Positions 30,033 through 39,880 of a stretch of DNA of 64,000 nucleotides are shown piece after piece. The DNA comes from Candidatus Woesearchaeota archaeon. Its GTDB lineage: Archaea > Nanobdellota > Nanobdellia > SCGC-AAA011-G17 > JACPNG01. Made by a program: the position numbers and the translations under genes. The DNA lies in contig JACPNG010000009.1 in assembly GCA_016185605.1 (NCBI GenBank), positions 53,838-117,837 of the forward strand, read 5' to 3'. The notes under the pieces were generated by a model. It saw only the letters and a list, made by a program, of their open reading frames with translations. It was not told the DNA's origin and did not search any database. Position 1 is the first letter of the stretch. Each line of letters begins with the position of its first letter.

Positions 30033-31410
30033 TTTTATCATAGAACCTTTAGGTTTAATGTCAATAATTGCAGTCCTTAAAAAGGAGAGTCATAAAGTTG
30101 AACTTCTAAAAATAAACTCCAGAAGAAAAGAATTTGGTTCTGCTAGAAATGATGAGGAGATATTTAATTTTTTGGAGAAATTTTCACCAGATTTGATATT
30201 GTATAGTACTACAACAGGCATGCATAAATTATATCTGAATATAAATAAAAAACTGAAAGAGAGATTTAATTTCATATCAGTTTTTGGCGGAATGCATGTT
30301 TCTTTCTTTCCAGACTTTATTAATGAAGAAAGTGTTGATATTATATGTATTGGTGAAGGAGAAGAAGCAATAAGTGAGTTAGTTAATAATCTGGAAAGTG
30401 GCGAAGAAATAATAAACATAAGAAATTTATGGATTAAAAAGGGCCATCAATTATATAAAAATAATTTAAGACCATTAATGGAAGATTTGGATAGTCTACC
30501 GTTTCCTGACAGAGAAATAGTCTATAGGTATGGACTCCATAAAAGAAATCCAATAAAAAACTTCATAACAACAAGGGGTTGCCCATATAAATGTTCTTAT
30601 TGTTTTAATGACGGCTTTTATAAGCTTTATAACCTAAATGGTAACAGAAGAGTTAGATCGAGAGGCGTAAATAATATAATAAGCGAAATTAATGAAGTAA
30701 AAAATAAATATAAATTAAAGTTAGTTTATTTTCAAGATGATATTATCACATTAAATGAGAACTTCAAAGAGTTAATGGAAGAATATAGAAGAGAAATTAA
30801 CATCCCTTTCCATGCACATATAAGACCAGATTTAGTTAATGATTATACAATTAAATTATTAAAAAAGGGTGGTTGTCTTAGTGTTACAATGTCTGCCGAA
30901 ACAGCCAATGACAATACAAGAAATAATATGATTAATAGAAACATGTCTAAACAGAGTATATATCTGGCTGCTAAGCTACTCCATAAATATGATATAAAAT
31001 TCAGAATAGAAAATATGTTGGGATTGCCTAATGAAACTTTAAAAGATGCATTTGATACATTAGAAATGAACATAAAATGTAAACCAACAATTGGTTGGGC
31101 ATCGATATTTCAACCATATCCTGGAACAGAATTATTTAATTATACTAGAGATAATAACTTGTTTAACGGGGAGGTTGATACTTTTAACAATTCTTTTTTT
31201 GATAACAGTGTTTTGGATATAAAAAACAAAAAAGAAGTAGAGAATCTTCAAAAACTATTTTCTATAACTGTCTCTTTTCCCTTCTTAAAGCCCATAACTA
31301 AACAGCTCATAAAACTGCCGAAAAACAATTTATTCAATTTTGTGCATGACGGATGGAAAAGTTACTGTTTTGATAATAAATTATATAAAGTAAATGGTTT
31401 TAAGAGTTAA
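29998..31410 (+). CDS. B12-binding-domain radical SAM protein (class B)
   Basis: 470 aa. The N-terminal Rossmann-like domain RVLIIVNDFIIEPLGLMSIIAVLKK is typical of the cobalamin-binding domain. CX3CX2C in TTRGCPYKCSYCFN. Confidence 0.8.
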   Translation: MSVVRVLIIVNDFIIEPLGLMSIIAVLKKESHKVELLKINSRRKEFGSARNDEEIFNFLEKFSPDLILYSTTTGMHKLYLNINKKLKERFNFISVFGGMHVSFFPDFINEESVDIICIGEGEEAISELVNNLESGEEIINIRNLWIKKGHQLYKNNLRPLMEDLDSLPFPDREIVYRYGLHKRNPIKNFITTRGCPYKCSYCFNDGFYKLYNLNGNRRVRSRGVNNIISEINEVKNKYKLKLVYFQDDIITLNENFKELMEEYRREINIPFHAHIRPDLVNDYTIKLLKKGGCLSVTMSAETANDNTRNNMINRNMSKQSIYLAAKLLHKYDIKFRIENMLGLPNETLKDAFDTLEMNIKCKPTIGWASIFQPYPGTELFNYTRDNNLFNGEVDTFNNSFFDNSVLDIKNKKEVENLQKLFSITVSFPFLKPITKQLIKLPKNNLFNFVHDGWKSYCFDNKLYKVNGFKS

Positions 31411-31413
31411 AAC

Positions 31414-32910
31414 ATGTATAATTATCTAAAAAACAAAATTTTCCCATCATTTCTATTTATATTAATCATAATCTCTCTTCTATTAGTTGGCAACTCATTA
31501 ACTGAATTTTTTACCAAAGGCGATTATGCTAAATTAGAAGAGGAAAAATATATCATATTAAATGAAGATTACAAGTGTATTGATTGTAATGTTATAATAA
31601 TTGGAATTGACACGCTAAGGGCGGATCATTTAGGCTATAATGGGTATTATAGAAATACTTCCCCGAATATAGATGAATTTTCTAATGAAGGTGTAGTTTT
31701 TAAAAATACGTTTTCTCAGGCACCCTCCACATTGCCTTCTTTTGCAACAATCTTTACTTCATTATATCCAATAATGCATAAAGCACAAATTGAAAATGGG
31801 CCTGTTGCGCTAAGTAATGAATCTAAAACTATAGCTGAAATATTAAAAGAAAACGGATATTATAATATAGCATACACTGGTGGCGGTCAAGTGGCTAAAG
31901 AATTTGGTTTAGGTCAAGGATTTAATATTTATGAAGGCAATGTATGTTATAATTATATAACTGCCCCATTAATTAAAAAAGGTGTAATTGCTGACCTTAA
32001 ATGTCTAGAAGATAGCATTGAAATCGTGATGCATAATATCAATTTAAATAAAGACAGAAAATTCTTTTTATTTTTCCATAATTATGTTACACATTATCCC
32101 CATGTTTTATCAACTAATAAATATTCTATATTTACAGATTACAATAATATAAGAGAAGAATATTCTAACATAATAACCGATCCTTTAGTAGTAAAGAATA
32201 AATTAGTGGAAGATATAAATAATGGCAAAATTAAGATGAATAATGAATTAAAAGATTATATTATTGGAAGATACGATGATACAATATATTACATGGATGA
32301 TTGGATAGGATATTTATTGGAAGAAATAAAAAAATCAGATATCATGGATAATACAATAATCATATTTCTAGGAGATCATGGCGAAGAATTTACAGAACAT
32401 GGGATGATTGGATTACATAGCCACACCCTTTATGATGAACTTTTGCATGTGCCTCTGATAATAAAATATCCAAAATCTAAACCAAAAGTTATAGATCAAC
32501 AAGTAAGATTAATTGATGTTATGCCAACAATACTAGATATATTAAATATAAGCATAAAAGAAGAATTACAGGGAGAGACACTAATACCCATAATTCAAGG
32601 TAAAGATAAGAAACTGCCAGTATTTAGCTCACTAGAGTATACGAGTGAAGGTCAACCATTAAAGATATCAATTAGAAAAGACAGCTTTAAACTGATCTAT
32701 GATCTAAAATATAAAAGAACAGAACTTTTTGATCTTTCTAAAGATAAAAATGAACTTAATAATGTAGCAAGTAAGCACAAAGCTAAAGCTAACGAGTTAA
32801 AAAAGGAATTATTGGAATGGTATGAAAACAACAAAAATTATAATATGGAGAAAGAAAAAATACATGACGCTACATTATTGGAATTGAAATCTTTAGGTTA
32901 TATAAATTAA
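31414..32910 (+). CDS. membrane-anchored sulfatase/alkaline-phosphatase-superfamily enzyme with Thr at the nucleophile position (a phosphotransferase such as LtaS/EptA is more likely than a sulfatase)
   Basis: 498 aa. N-terminal TM. Metal-binding start IIIGIDTLRADHLGYNGY. The nucleophile segment aligns as STLPSFATIFTSLYP against canonical C[ST]PSRxxxLTGR, with Thr in place of Cys/Ser and no Arg. Confidence 0.75.
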   Translation: MYNYLKNKIFPSFLFILIIISLLLVGNSLTEFFTKGDYAKLEEEKYIILNEDYKCIDCNVIIIGIDTLRADHLGYNGYYRNTSPNIDEFSNEGVVFKNTFSQAPSTLPSFATIFTSLYPIMHKAQIENGPVALSNESKTIAEILKENGYYNIAYTGGGQVAKEFGLGQGFNIYEGNVCYNYITAPLIKKGVIADLKCLEDSIEIVMHNINLNKDRKFFLFFHNYVTHYPHVLSTNKYSIFTDYNNIREEYSNIITDPLVVKNKLVEDINNGKIKMNNELKDYIIGRYDDTIYYMDDWIGYLLEEIKKSDIMDNTIIIFLGDHGEEFTEHGMIGLHSHTLYDELLHVPLIIKYPKSKPKVIDQQVRLIDVMPTILDILNISIKEELQGETLIPIIQGKDKKLPVFSSLEYTSEGQPLKISIRKDSFKLIYDLKYKRTELFDLSKDKNELNNVASKHKAKANELKKELLEWYENNKNYNMEKEKIHDATLLELKSLGYIN

Positions 32911-32997
32911 GATTTAGGAAAGGTTATTAATATAATGAATGATAGGCTATAATATTTTTTAAATTAAAATTTATTTTTAAAATATAAGAAGTGGTAA

Positions 32998-34362
32998 ATG
33001 GTCTCTATAATTGAAATTAAAAATAACTCAAGAAAAAGAAGAATTAAGATAATATTATTAATAATAGCTGTATTATTCTTTTTTAGTCCTTTTTTTATTA
33101 CATACTCAAATGAGATAAATAAACTTTTTTTTACTTTACCATATATACATCCTGGAGATGAACCACACTATTTAGCTATGACTAGTAGTATTATAAAGGA
33201 TTTTGATTTAGAAGTAAAAAATAATTATGAAAATGCTGTAGCTGGCAAAGGAGATACTGGTTTTAAATACAGATATGAAAGAATCAGTCGTCATGCAATT
33301 TTGGTAGATGGAAAAACCAATATTAGATATAATCTAGATGATATTTATAACCTAAGTGGTTCTGGATTCTCGCTAAACGGAGAATCCCCCACTATACGTG
33401 ATGATCTAGAAAATACTGATACTGCTAATTTAAAAGAACGACCTACACGTTATATAGGACTGCCTTTTTTTAGCTCTATTTTTTTATGGCCTTTTAGAAA
33501 TTCTTTAAATTTAGATTCTATTGCAATTTTATTGAGTGCTATTGTTTCTCTTATTGGCTTCTACTTTTTATATTTAGTATTAATTCATTTTAAAAATAAT
33601 GAAAATAAAGTGTTATTCATAACAATTATCTTTATTTTCACAACACAACTATGGTTTTACTCAAAAACATTTTATCCTGACCCCTATATAGCTTCTTTTT
33701 TAATTATTTCTTACTATTTTTTTATTGTTAAAAATAAAGTTGCTATCTCCGGCATTCTATTGGGCTTAGCATTCCTCATGAAATATAATATGATTATTTT
33801 CCCAGCTATATTTGCATTATACCTATTAAAAAATAAAAGGTTTAAAAAGTTTTTTCTTTTTAGTTTAACCATTGGGATTTTTGCATTTCTTCTTTTAATT
33901 TACAATTTTATAATGTGGGGGAATTTATTATTCTCTCATCTTCATTTTATGTACGGAAATATTATTTCTGGGATTTTAGGACTGCTCTTTTCATTAGATC
34001 ATGGTTTAATTATATTTACACCTCTCCTTATATTCTCATTTTTTGGCTTTTATCAATTCTATAAACAAAAAAAAGATGAAGCTATATTTACTTTCATACT
34101 TTTTTTTACATATCTATTGATAATGTCTGCATTTTTAGAATGGCATGGGGGCTTTTCTTATGCTACAAGACACTTAATTCCAATAATGCCTTTATTATCT
34201 ATCCCTCTTCTGTTTTGGTATGATTCAAATAGAAGTAAAAGCTTGAAAATGATATTTTTTATATTAGTTATTATATCTTTTATTTTTAGTTTATATTCAG
34301 TTTTTGCTGATCAAAGTTATGTTTTAGACAAACCGCCCTTATTTCCATATATAAAATTTTAG
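32998..34362 (+). CDS. GT-C-fold membrane glycosyltransferase (PMT/ArnT-like; DE motif GDEPHY in the first extracytoplasmic loop)
   Basis: 454 aa, about 11 TM helices. HPGDEPHYLAMT resembles the PMT DE(V)HF / ArnT DEARY loop-1 motif. Confidence 0.5.
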   Translation: MVSIIEIKNNSRKRRIKIILLIIAVLFFFSPFFITYSNEINKLFFTLPYIHPGDEPHYLAMTSSIIKDFDLEVKNNYENAVAGKGDTGFKYRYERISRHAILVDGKTNIRYNLDDIYNLSGSGFSLNGESPTIRDDLENTDTANLKERPTRYIGLPFFSSIFLWPFRNSLNLDSIAILLSAIVSLIGFYFLYLVLIHFKNNENKVLFITIIFIFTTQLWFYSKTFYPDPYIASFLIISYYFFIVKNKVAISGILLGLAFLMKYNMIIFPAIFALYLLKNKRFKKFFLFSLTIGIFAFLLLIYNFIMWGNLLFSHLHFMYGNIISGILGLLFSLDHGLIIFTPLLIFSFFGFYQFYKQKKDEAIFTFILFFTYLLIMSAFLEWHGGFSYATRHLIPIMPLLSIPLLFWYDSNRSKSLKMIFFILVIISFIFSLYSVFADQSYVLDKPPLFPYIKF

Positions 34363-34373
34363 CCACAAAACAT

Positions 34374-35063
34374 ATGAAATTATCAATAATTATACCAGTT
34401 TATAACGAGGAAAATACTATTGGTGAAATAATAAAGAGAGTAAAAGAAGTAAAATTTCCAATAAAGAGAGAAATTATTATTATTAATGATGGTAGTAATG
34501 ATAATACTTCTAATATACTTAAAAAAATTAGAGGAATAAATGTTATAGAATATAATAACAATATGGGAAAGGGCTTTGCTATAAAGCAGGGTATTAATAA
34601 TATTAGAGGAGATATAATAGTAATTCAAGATGCTGATCTAGAATATGATCCAAATGAAATACCCTCGTTATTAGAGCCGATAATAAAAAATGAAACGAAC
34701 ATAGTATATGGATCTAGAATGCTTAGAAAGAATAAGATATCATATTTTCATTTTTATTTAGGCAGTAAAATTTTGACATTCTTAACAAAATTATTATATG
34801 GTGTTTTAATAACTGATGTGGAAACTTGTTATAAATTATTTAAGGCGGATATAATTAAGAAAATAGATATAAAGGCCATGGGTTTTGATTTTGAATCAGA
34901 AGTAACTGCAAAACTATTAAATATGAAAGAAAAGATCATCGAACTGCCTATAAGCTATACCCCAAGAAGAATTAATGATGGGAAAAAAATAAGATTAAAA
35001 GATGGTGTGATTGCTTTGGGAGTGTTAATAAAATATAGAATAGATTACTATAACAAAAAATGA
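34374..35063 (+). CDS. GT2 glycosyltransferase (DPM1/GtrB-like polyprenol-phosphate sugar synthase)
   Basis: 229 aa. LSIIIPVYNEENTIGEII and DADLEYDP. Confidence 0.85.
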   Translation: MKLSIIIPVYNEENTIGEIIKRVKEVKFPIKREIIIINDGSNDNTSNILKKIRGINVIEYNNNMGKGFAIKQGINNIRGDIIVIQDADLEYDPNEIPSLLEPIIKNETNIVYGSRMLRKNKISYFHFYLGSKILTFLTKLLYGVLITDVETCYKLFKADIIKKIDIKAMGFDFESEVTAKLLNMKEKIIELPISYTPRRINDGKKIRLKDGVIALGVLIKYRIDYYNKK

Positions 35064-36430
35064 TAAAGAATTTAGATTCAATGAAAATTAGAATATGTTT
35101 AATTAATGTTACTAATAAAGATAAAATGGTTATGAATAAAGACCTTAATGGTGGATTCGGAACATGTGATGATTATGGGAATAGCATAACATCTAAAATA
35201 ATAAGGTTTATAAAAAGCAGAACAATAAAGCTCCCGATAATAAGTTACGCGTTTCTGCAGGCAATATTTAAACAACAAGGACATGAAGTTGAGTATTATG
35301 AAGATAACTTTCCGGATAAATCTAAAAATTTTGATTTGATTCTTATATATGGTACAATAGTTGATTTTAAAAATGAAAATATGGTGTGTATAAAACTAAA
35401 ACAAATGTTTCCTACTGCAAAGATTGGAATATTTGGACCTTTTCCATCAGTTATGCCAGAATTATTTAAAAGTGGGGATTTTGTTATAGTCGGAGAGGCA
35501 GAAGCATATTTTATGAATGATTTTAAACATTTAGATAATTTAAGAGGATATGTAAAAGTTTCATCTCAAACTAATATGGAATCCTTACCAAGTCCTTGTT
35601 ATGACGGCTTTCCGATAAATAAATATTCATATTATCCAGCCATTAGAAAAAAACCACTTCTTACTCTTCAAGCAAGTAAAGGATGTCCATATAGCTGCAG
35701 ATATTATTGTGTATATGGAAATTATCAAGGAGTTAAAATAAGACAAAGATCTCCAAGAAGAGTAGTGGAGGATATGATATATCTTAAGAAGAATTACAAT
35801 GTTAAAGGAATACAATTTAGAGATCCTACATTTGGGTTTAATAGAAATTTCATTCAGGAATTTTGCAATGAATTAAAGCATAAGAACTTAAATATAGACT
35901 GGGGGATGGAAACTAGATTGGACCTATTAAATAAAAATAATATTAAAATGATGTATGATGTCGGACTTAGAAATATAAATGTCGGGATAGAAACTATCAA
36001 TTTATATGTAGCTAAAAAAAACAGAAGAAAGTTGATAGAAACAAATCATCAAGAGGAGATAATAAAATATTGTAAGAGATTAGGTATAAATATATCAGCT
36101 TTTTTTATTATAGGATATGAAGGTGATACAAAGGAGACAATAGAAAACACAATCAAATATGCAATAAAAATCAATGCTCCATTGGCTAGATTCTCAGTAG
36201 CTACGCCATATCCTAGCACTGAATATTATGAACTTCTTGAAAAAGAAGGAAGATTATTAATAAAAGACTTTGAAAGATATAATCAGTTTACATTAGTGTA
36301 TAAGCATAAAAACTTAAATGAAGACGAAATTAGAAATTTATTAGAAAAATCCTATAGGGATTATTATTTTAGAATGTCTTACATTTTATCTCTAATAATG
36401 CGGAAAGTAAGGATGGCATCGGTTTTTTAA
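35060..36430 (+). CDS. B12-binding-domain radical SAM protein with a non-canonical CX3CX3C cluster motif
   Basis: 456 aa. Reads QASKGCPYSCRYYCVYG, i.e. gga tgt cca tat agc tgc aga tat tat tgt, in place of the usual CX3CX2C. Confidence 0.72.
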   Translation: MIKNLDSMKIRICLINVTNKDKMVMNKDLNGGFGTCDDYGNSITSKIIRFIKSRTIKLPIISYAFLQAIFKQQGHEVEYYEDNFPDKSKNFDLILIYGTIVDFKNENMVCIKLKQMFPTAKIGIFGPFPSVMPELFKSGDFVIVGEAEAYFMNDFKHLDNLRGYVKVSSQTNMESLPSPCYDGFPINKYSYYPAIRKKPLLTLQASKGCPYSCRYYCVYGNYQGVKIRQRSPRRVVEDMIYLKKNYNVKGIQFRDPTFGFNRNFIQEFCNELKHKNLNIDWGMETRLDLLNKNNIKMMYDVGLRNINVGIETINLYVAKKNRRKLIETNHQEEIIKYCKRLGINISAFFIIGYEGDTKETIENTIKYAIKINAPLARFSVATPYPSTEYYELLEKEGRLLIKDFERYNQFTLVYKHKNLNEDEIRNLLEKSYRDYYFRMSYILSLIMRKVRMASVF

Positions 36431-36480
36431 TTTTATATAACAATTATATTTAAATATATTTAATCACTCCAATTCGAGAT

Positions 36481-37482
36481 ATGATTAACATAAAAGAGTT
36501 TATATCCATAATAATTCCAGCTTATAATTCAAAAGACACAATAGAAAAATGTCTTACTTTTATATTCAAATCTAAATATAAGAATTTCGAAGTTATTGTC
36601 GTAGATGATTGCTCAACCGATAATTTATATTTAACAGCTAAAAAATTCCCATGTAAACTAATAAGATTAAAAGAAAGATTTGGACCTGCCAAAGCCAGAA
36701 ATGTCGGAGCTAGTAAGGCTAAAGGCAACATTTTAGTTTTTCTTGACTCAGATTGTATTGTCGGTGAAAATTGGTTAAATAGTATAGTTAGAAATTTCAA
36801 AGAATACAACATTGGAGCTACTGCAGCCCAATATAATGATTCAATAAGTAAAAGTTTTATAGCTAAATTTGCTTTTTATGAACTTCTCTTTAGAGAAAGA
36901 AAATTTGATAAATTCGTAAATACAATTCCTTCCTGTAATTTTGCTTGTAAAAAAGAAATTTTCGAAGAAATTAATGGGTTCTCTGAAGATTTTAGGGGTG
37001 CATCAGAAGATTTAGAGTTTTCTTATAGATTAGGAAAAATAACTAAAATATTATGGGATCCTTCTATAAGCGTAACTCATCATTCCAGAAATAAAATGAA
37101 TGAATATATCAAACAACAGTTTATTAGTAGTAGAGATGATGTTCCATTATTTATAAGACAACCAAACTTATTATTAGAAGACACATTTGAAGATAAAACT
37201 AACTATTTAGAAGTAATATCCCTGGGATTATTTCTTACATTTGTATTCTTATCTTTTTTTATGTTGATAAACCAGTATATCATATTAATGCCATTAATTT
37301 TTACATTCATATTAAATATAAATTTTATGAATTTTATAAGAATTAAAGAAAATATTATTTTTTCCATTAAATCTATATTTTTAGTCTATCTAAGAGACTT
37401 CGTATGGTTTATGGGGGCTTTAGTTGGTCTATTTAATGGAATGAGGGAATTGTTTAGTATAAAAAATGTTAAAGTACACTAA
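36481..37482 (+). CDS. GT2 glycosyltransferase with a C-terminal membrane segment
   Basis: 333 aa. [36 protein letters not shown] helices at the C-terminus. Confidence 0.8.
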   Translation: MINIKEFISIIIPAYNSKDTIEKCLTFIFKSKYKNFEVIVVDDCSTDNLYLTAKKFPCKLIRLKERFGPAKARNVGASKAKGNILVFLDSDCIVGENWLNSIVRNFKEYNIGATAAQYNDSISKSFIAKFAFYELLFRERKFDKFVNTIPSCNFACKKEIFEEINGFSEDFRGASEDLEFSYRLGKITKILWDPSISVTHHSRNKMNEYIKQQFISSRDDVPLFIRQPNLLLEDTFEDKTNYLEVISLGLFLTFVFLSFFMLINQYIILMPLIFTFILNINFMNFIRIKENIIFSIKSIFLVYLRDFVWFMGALVGLFNGMRELFSIKNVKVH

Positions 37483-38533
37483 GAGCTTAATATTTAAAAA
37501 TAATGAATGTCCTATATATTTAACATACTTTGTAACATCTAAATGTAATTTAAAATGCCAACATTGTTTCTATTGGGATTCCCTAAACAAAATAAACAAC
37601 GAGCTAAGTCTTGAAGAGATAGAAAGATTTTCTAAGAGCATTAAAAATTTATTGGTTTTATCCCTAACTGGTGGAGAACCATTTTTAAGAAGTGATTTAG
37701 ATAGAATAGTTAAGATATTATATAACAATTCTAAACCTAAGATAATTTCAATAGTTAGTAATGGGTATTTTACGGAAAGATGTTTAGAGATCACTAAAAG
37801 TATATTAGACAACTGTAGGAATATTTCACTTATAATAGAACTATCAATAGATGGTCTTGAGGAAAATCATAATCTAATAAGAATGAATAATGACTCATTT
37901 AAAAATGTTTTACAGACATTTTATAAACTTAAAAAACTGAAGAGAAAACACCCAAATCTTAATATTGGCATAATCACTACATTTAATAGTTTTAATCAGT
38001 ATAGAATGTTAGAGATAATGGGTTTTGTAAAAAAAGAGTTAAATCCTGATTCTTTTACATTATCTTTAACTAGAGGCAATCCGAAAAACATAGAAAGTAA
38101 GAGAATAGATATAGAACAATATAAGAAAGTAACAAGAATAAAGAATAAAATATTTAAAAATGGCTATAATAATTTTTACTTATCGAGTTTAAGGAATGCT
38201 AATGAAAAAGTTATAGAAGATGTCGTATATAACACTATAAAATATAACAAATTTCAAACAGAATGTTATGCTTCTTCTTTAAACGCAGTCATGTCTCCAG
38301 AAGGAGATATTTTAGGATGTGAAACTTTAAATAATAAAATAGGAAATATAAGAGATTTTGATTACGATTTCAAAAAACTATGGGCTATTGAGAAAAGAAT
38401 AAACATGTCTAAATCAATAATAAATAATAAATGCTTCTGTACTCATGAGTGCAATATTTCTGTTAATACCTTATTTAATATAAAACATTATCCAAAATTA
38501 ACCTTAAAATTAGTTGATGGTATAATAAAATGA
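37466..38533 (+). CDS. radical SAM protein with a SPASM-like C-terminal Cys cluster (anSME-like N-terminus)
   Basis: 355 aa. YLTYFVTSKCNLKCQHCFYW resembles the N-terminus of anaerobic sulfatase maturase and related SPASM enzymes. C-terminal cluster CFCTHECNISV. Confidence 0.75.
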   Translation: MLKYTKSLIFKNNECPIYLTYFVTSKCNLKCQHCFYWDSLNKINNELSLEEIERFSKSIKNLLVLSLTGGEPFLRSDLDRIVKILYNNSKPKIISIVSNGYFTERCLEITKSILDNCRNISLIIELSIDGLEENHNLIRMNNDSFKNVLQTFYKLKKLKRKHPNLNIGIITTFNSFNQYRMLEIMGFVKKELNPDSFTLSLTRGNPKNIESKRIDIEQYKKVTRIKNKIFKNGYNNFYLSSLRNANEKVIEDVVYNTIKYNKFQTECYASSLNAVMSPEGDILGCETLNNKIGNIRDFDYDFKKLWAIEKRINMSKSIINNKCFCTHECNISVNTLFNIKHYPKLTLKLVDGIIK

Positions 38534-39879
38534 AGATTTTAGTTATAGATGCAAGTTTTATAACATTAAATAATAAGTTTAAGTATGGAGATATAGTTCC
38601 ACAATTGCAGATTGGATATATCATATCTATACTAGAAGAGAATAATTATGAGAATTATTTCTTAGACTGTAAATTAATAAATGATATGGATAACTCGTTA
38701 GAAGATTACTCCAATATAGCCCCCAATATTGTTATAATATCATTTAATACATATGACTATAAATTTGCATTTAAATTAGCCAATTTCTTTAAGGACAATA
38801 ATATCATAATTGCAATAGGTCCACATCCTTCTGTATCGCCTAGCACTGTAGTTTATGAAAATTCTCCATTTGATTTTGTTTTAAGAGGAGAATGTGAGTA
38901 TGATATAATAAATTTAATAAAAAACTTAGATAATATGGAAGAATTAAAAAAGATAAAAAGTTTATATTTTAATGATAAGAAAGACTCAGAAATCTCCCTT
39001 ATAAATCAATTTGATGAATTACCATATCCAAAATACCATTCATATGACGGACAGTATTATCAGATATTACCAGTTCCATTTTTTAAAAAAGCAAAATGGG
39101 GATTTTTAAGCTCTAGTAGGGGGTGCCCTAATTTATGTACATTTTGTTCTCCTGTTCACAGGACATCTTATGGTTATAAATATAGAATTAGATCGAGTAG
39201 GGGGGTAGTAGATGAAATGGAATATTTAGTCTCAATAGGAAAAAATGTCATTGAAATTGTTGATGATAATTTCACAGTATCAAAGAAACAAGTATTTGAG
39301 ATATGTGATGAAATAAAAAAAAGAAACTTAAAAATCAAATGGACTGTTCAAGCAAAAGCAGATACACTTAATAGAGATATAATTTTTAAGATGAAAGATG
39401 CCGGATGTTTTTGTATAAGAATGGGTATAGAAACTGGATCAAATAAGTTGATTAATAATATAAAAAAATATAACGGAGACTGGAAAAATCTCGTTATTGA
39501 TGTTTTCAAGTGGGGGAAAGAAGCTAATATTATTATGAATTCTTATGTCATACTCGGCTTACCAAATGAAACCAAGGAAGATAGAGAAGAAACTGTAAAT
39601 TTACTTAAGGAAGCTAAGCCAGATTTCGTACAAGTTCATTACTTTAAACCATATCCGGGATCTAGTTTATATGAAAATATTAGTAATAAGGAGGATTTTA
39701 ATGAGTATTTATATCATTATAATTGTAGTTCTGAAGAATTCGAAGAAATAAAAAATAAGATACATAAGATAGTCTACTTTAATCCTAGATCAATAACTAA
39801 GCATCTATCTTTATTCAGTGGTTTCTATATTAAAAATCCTAAGATTTTATTAAGATTAATAAACTTCCTATTTAATTAA
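38530..39879 (+). CDS. B12-binding-domain radical SAM protein (class B)
   Basis: 449 aa. Rossmann-like N-terminus. SSSRGCPNLCTFCS carries CX3CX2C. Confidence 0.8.
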   Translation: MKILVIDASFITLNNKFKYGDIVPQLQIGYIISILEENNYENYFLDCKLINDMDNSLEDYSNIAPNIVIISFNTYDYKFAFKLANFFKDNNIIIAIGPHPSVSPSTVVYENSPFDFVLRGECEYDIINLIKNLDNMEELKKIKSLYFNDKKDSEISLINQFDELPYPKYHSYDGQYYQILPVPFFKKAKWGFLSSSRGCPNLCTFCSPVHRTSYGYKYRIRSSRGVVDEMEYLVSIGKNVIEIVDDNFTVSKKQVFEICDEIKKRNLKIKWTVQAKADTLNRDIIFKMKDAGCFCIRMGIETGSNKLINNIKKYNGDWKNLVIDVFKWGKEANIIMNSYVILGLPNETKEDREETVNLLKEAKPDFVQVHYFKPYPGSSLYENISNKEDFNEYLYHYNCSSEEFEEIKNKIHKIVYFNPRSITKHLSLFSGFYIKNPKILLRLINFLFN

Positions 39880-39880
39880 A

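Noticed and set aside
31414-38533. Sulfatase plus anaerobic sulfatase-maturating enzyme (anSME) pairing between ORF 31414 and the SPASM radical SAM 37466 (or 24163)
   Set aside because: The sulfatase-like protein has Thr, not Cys/Ser, at the formylglycine position and lacks the CxPxR Arg. No FGly substrate is evident. The radical SAM enzymes are more likely glycan-modifying.
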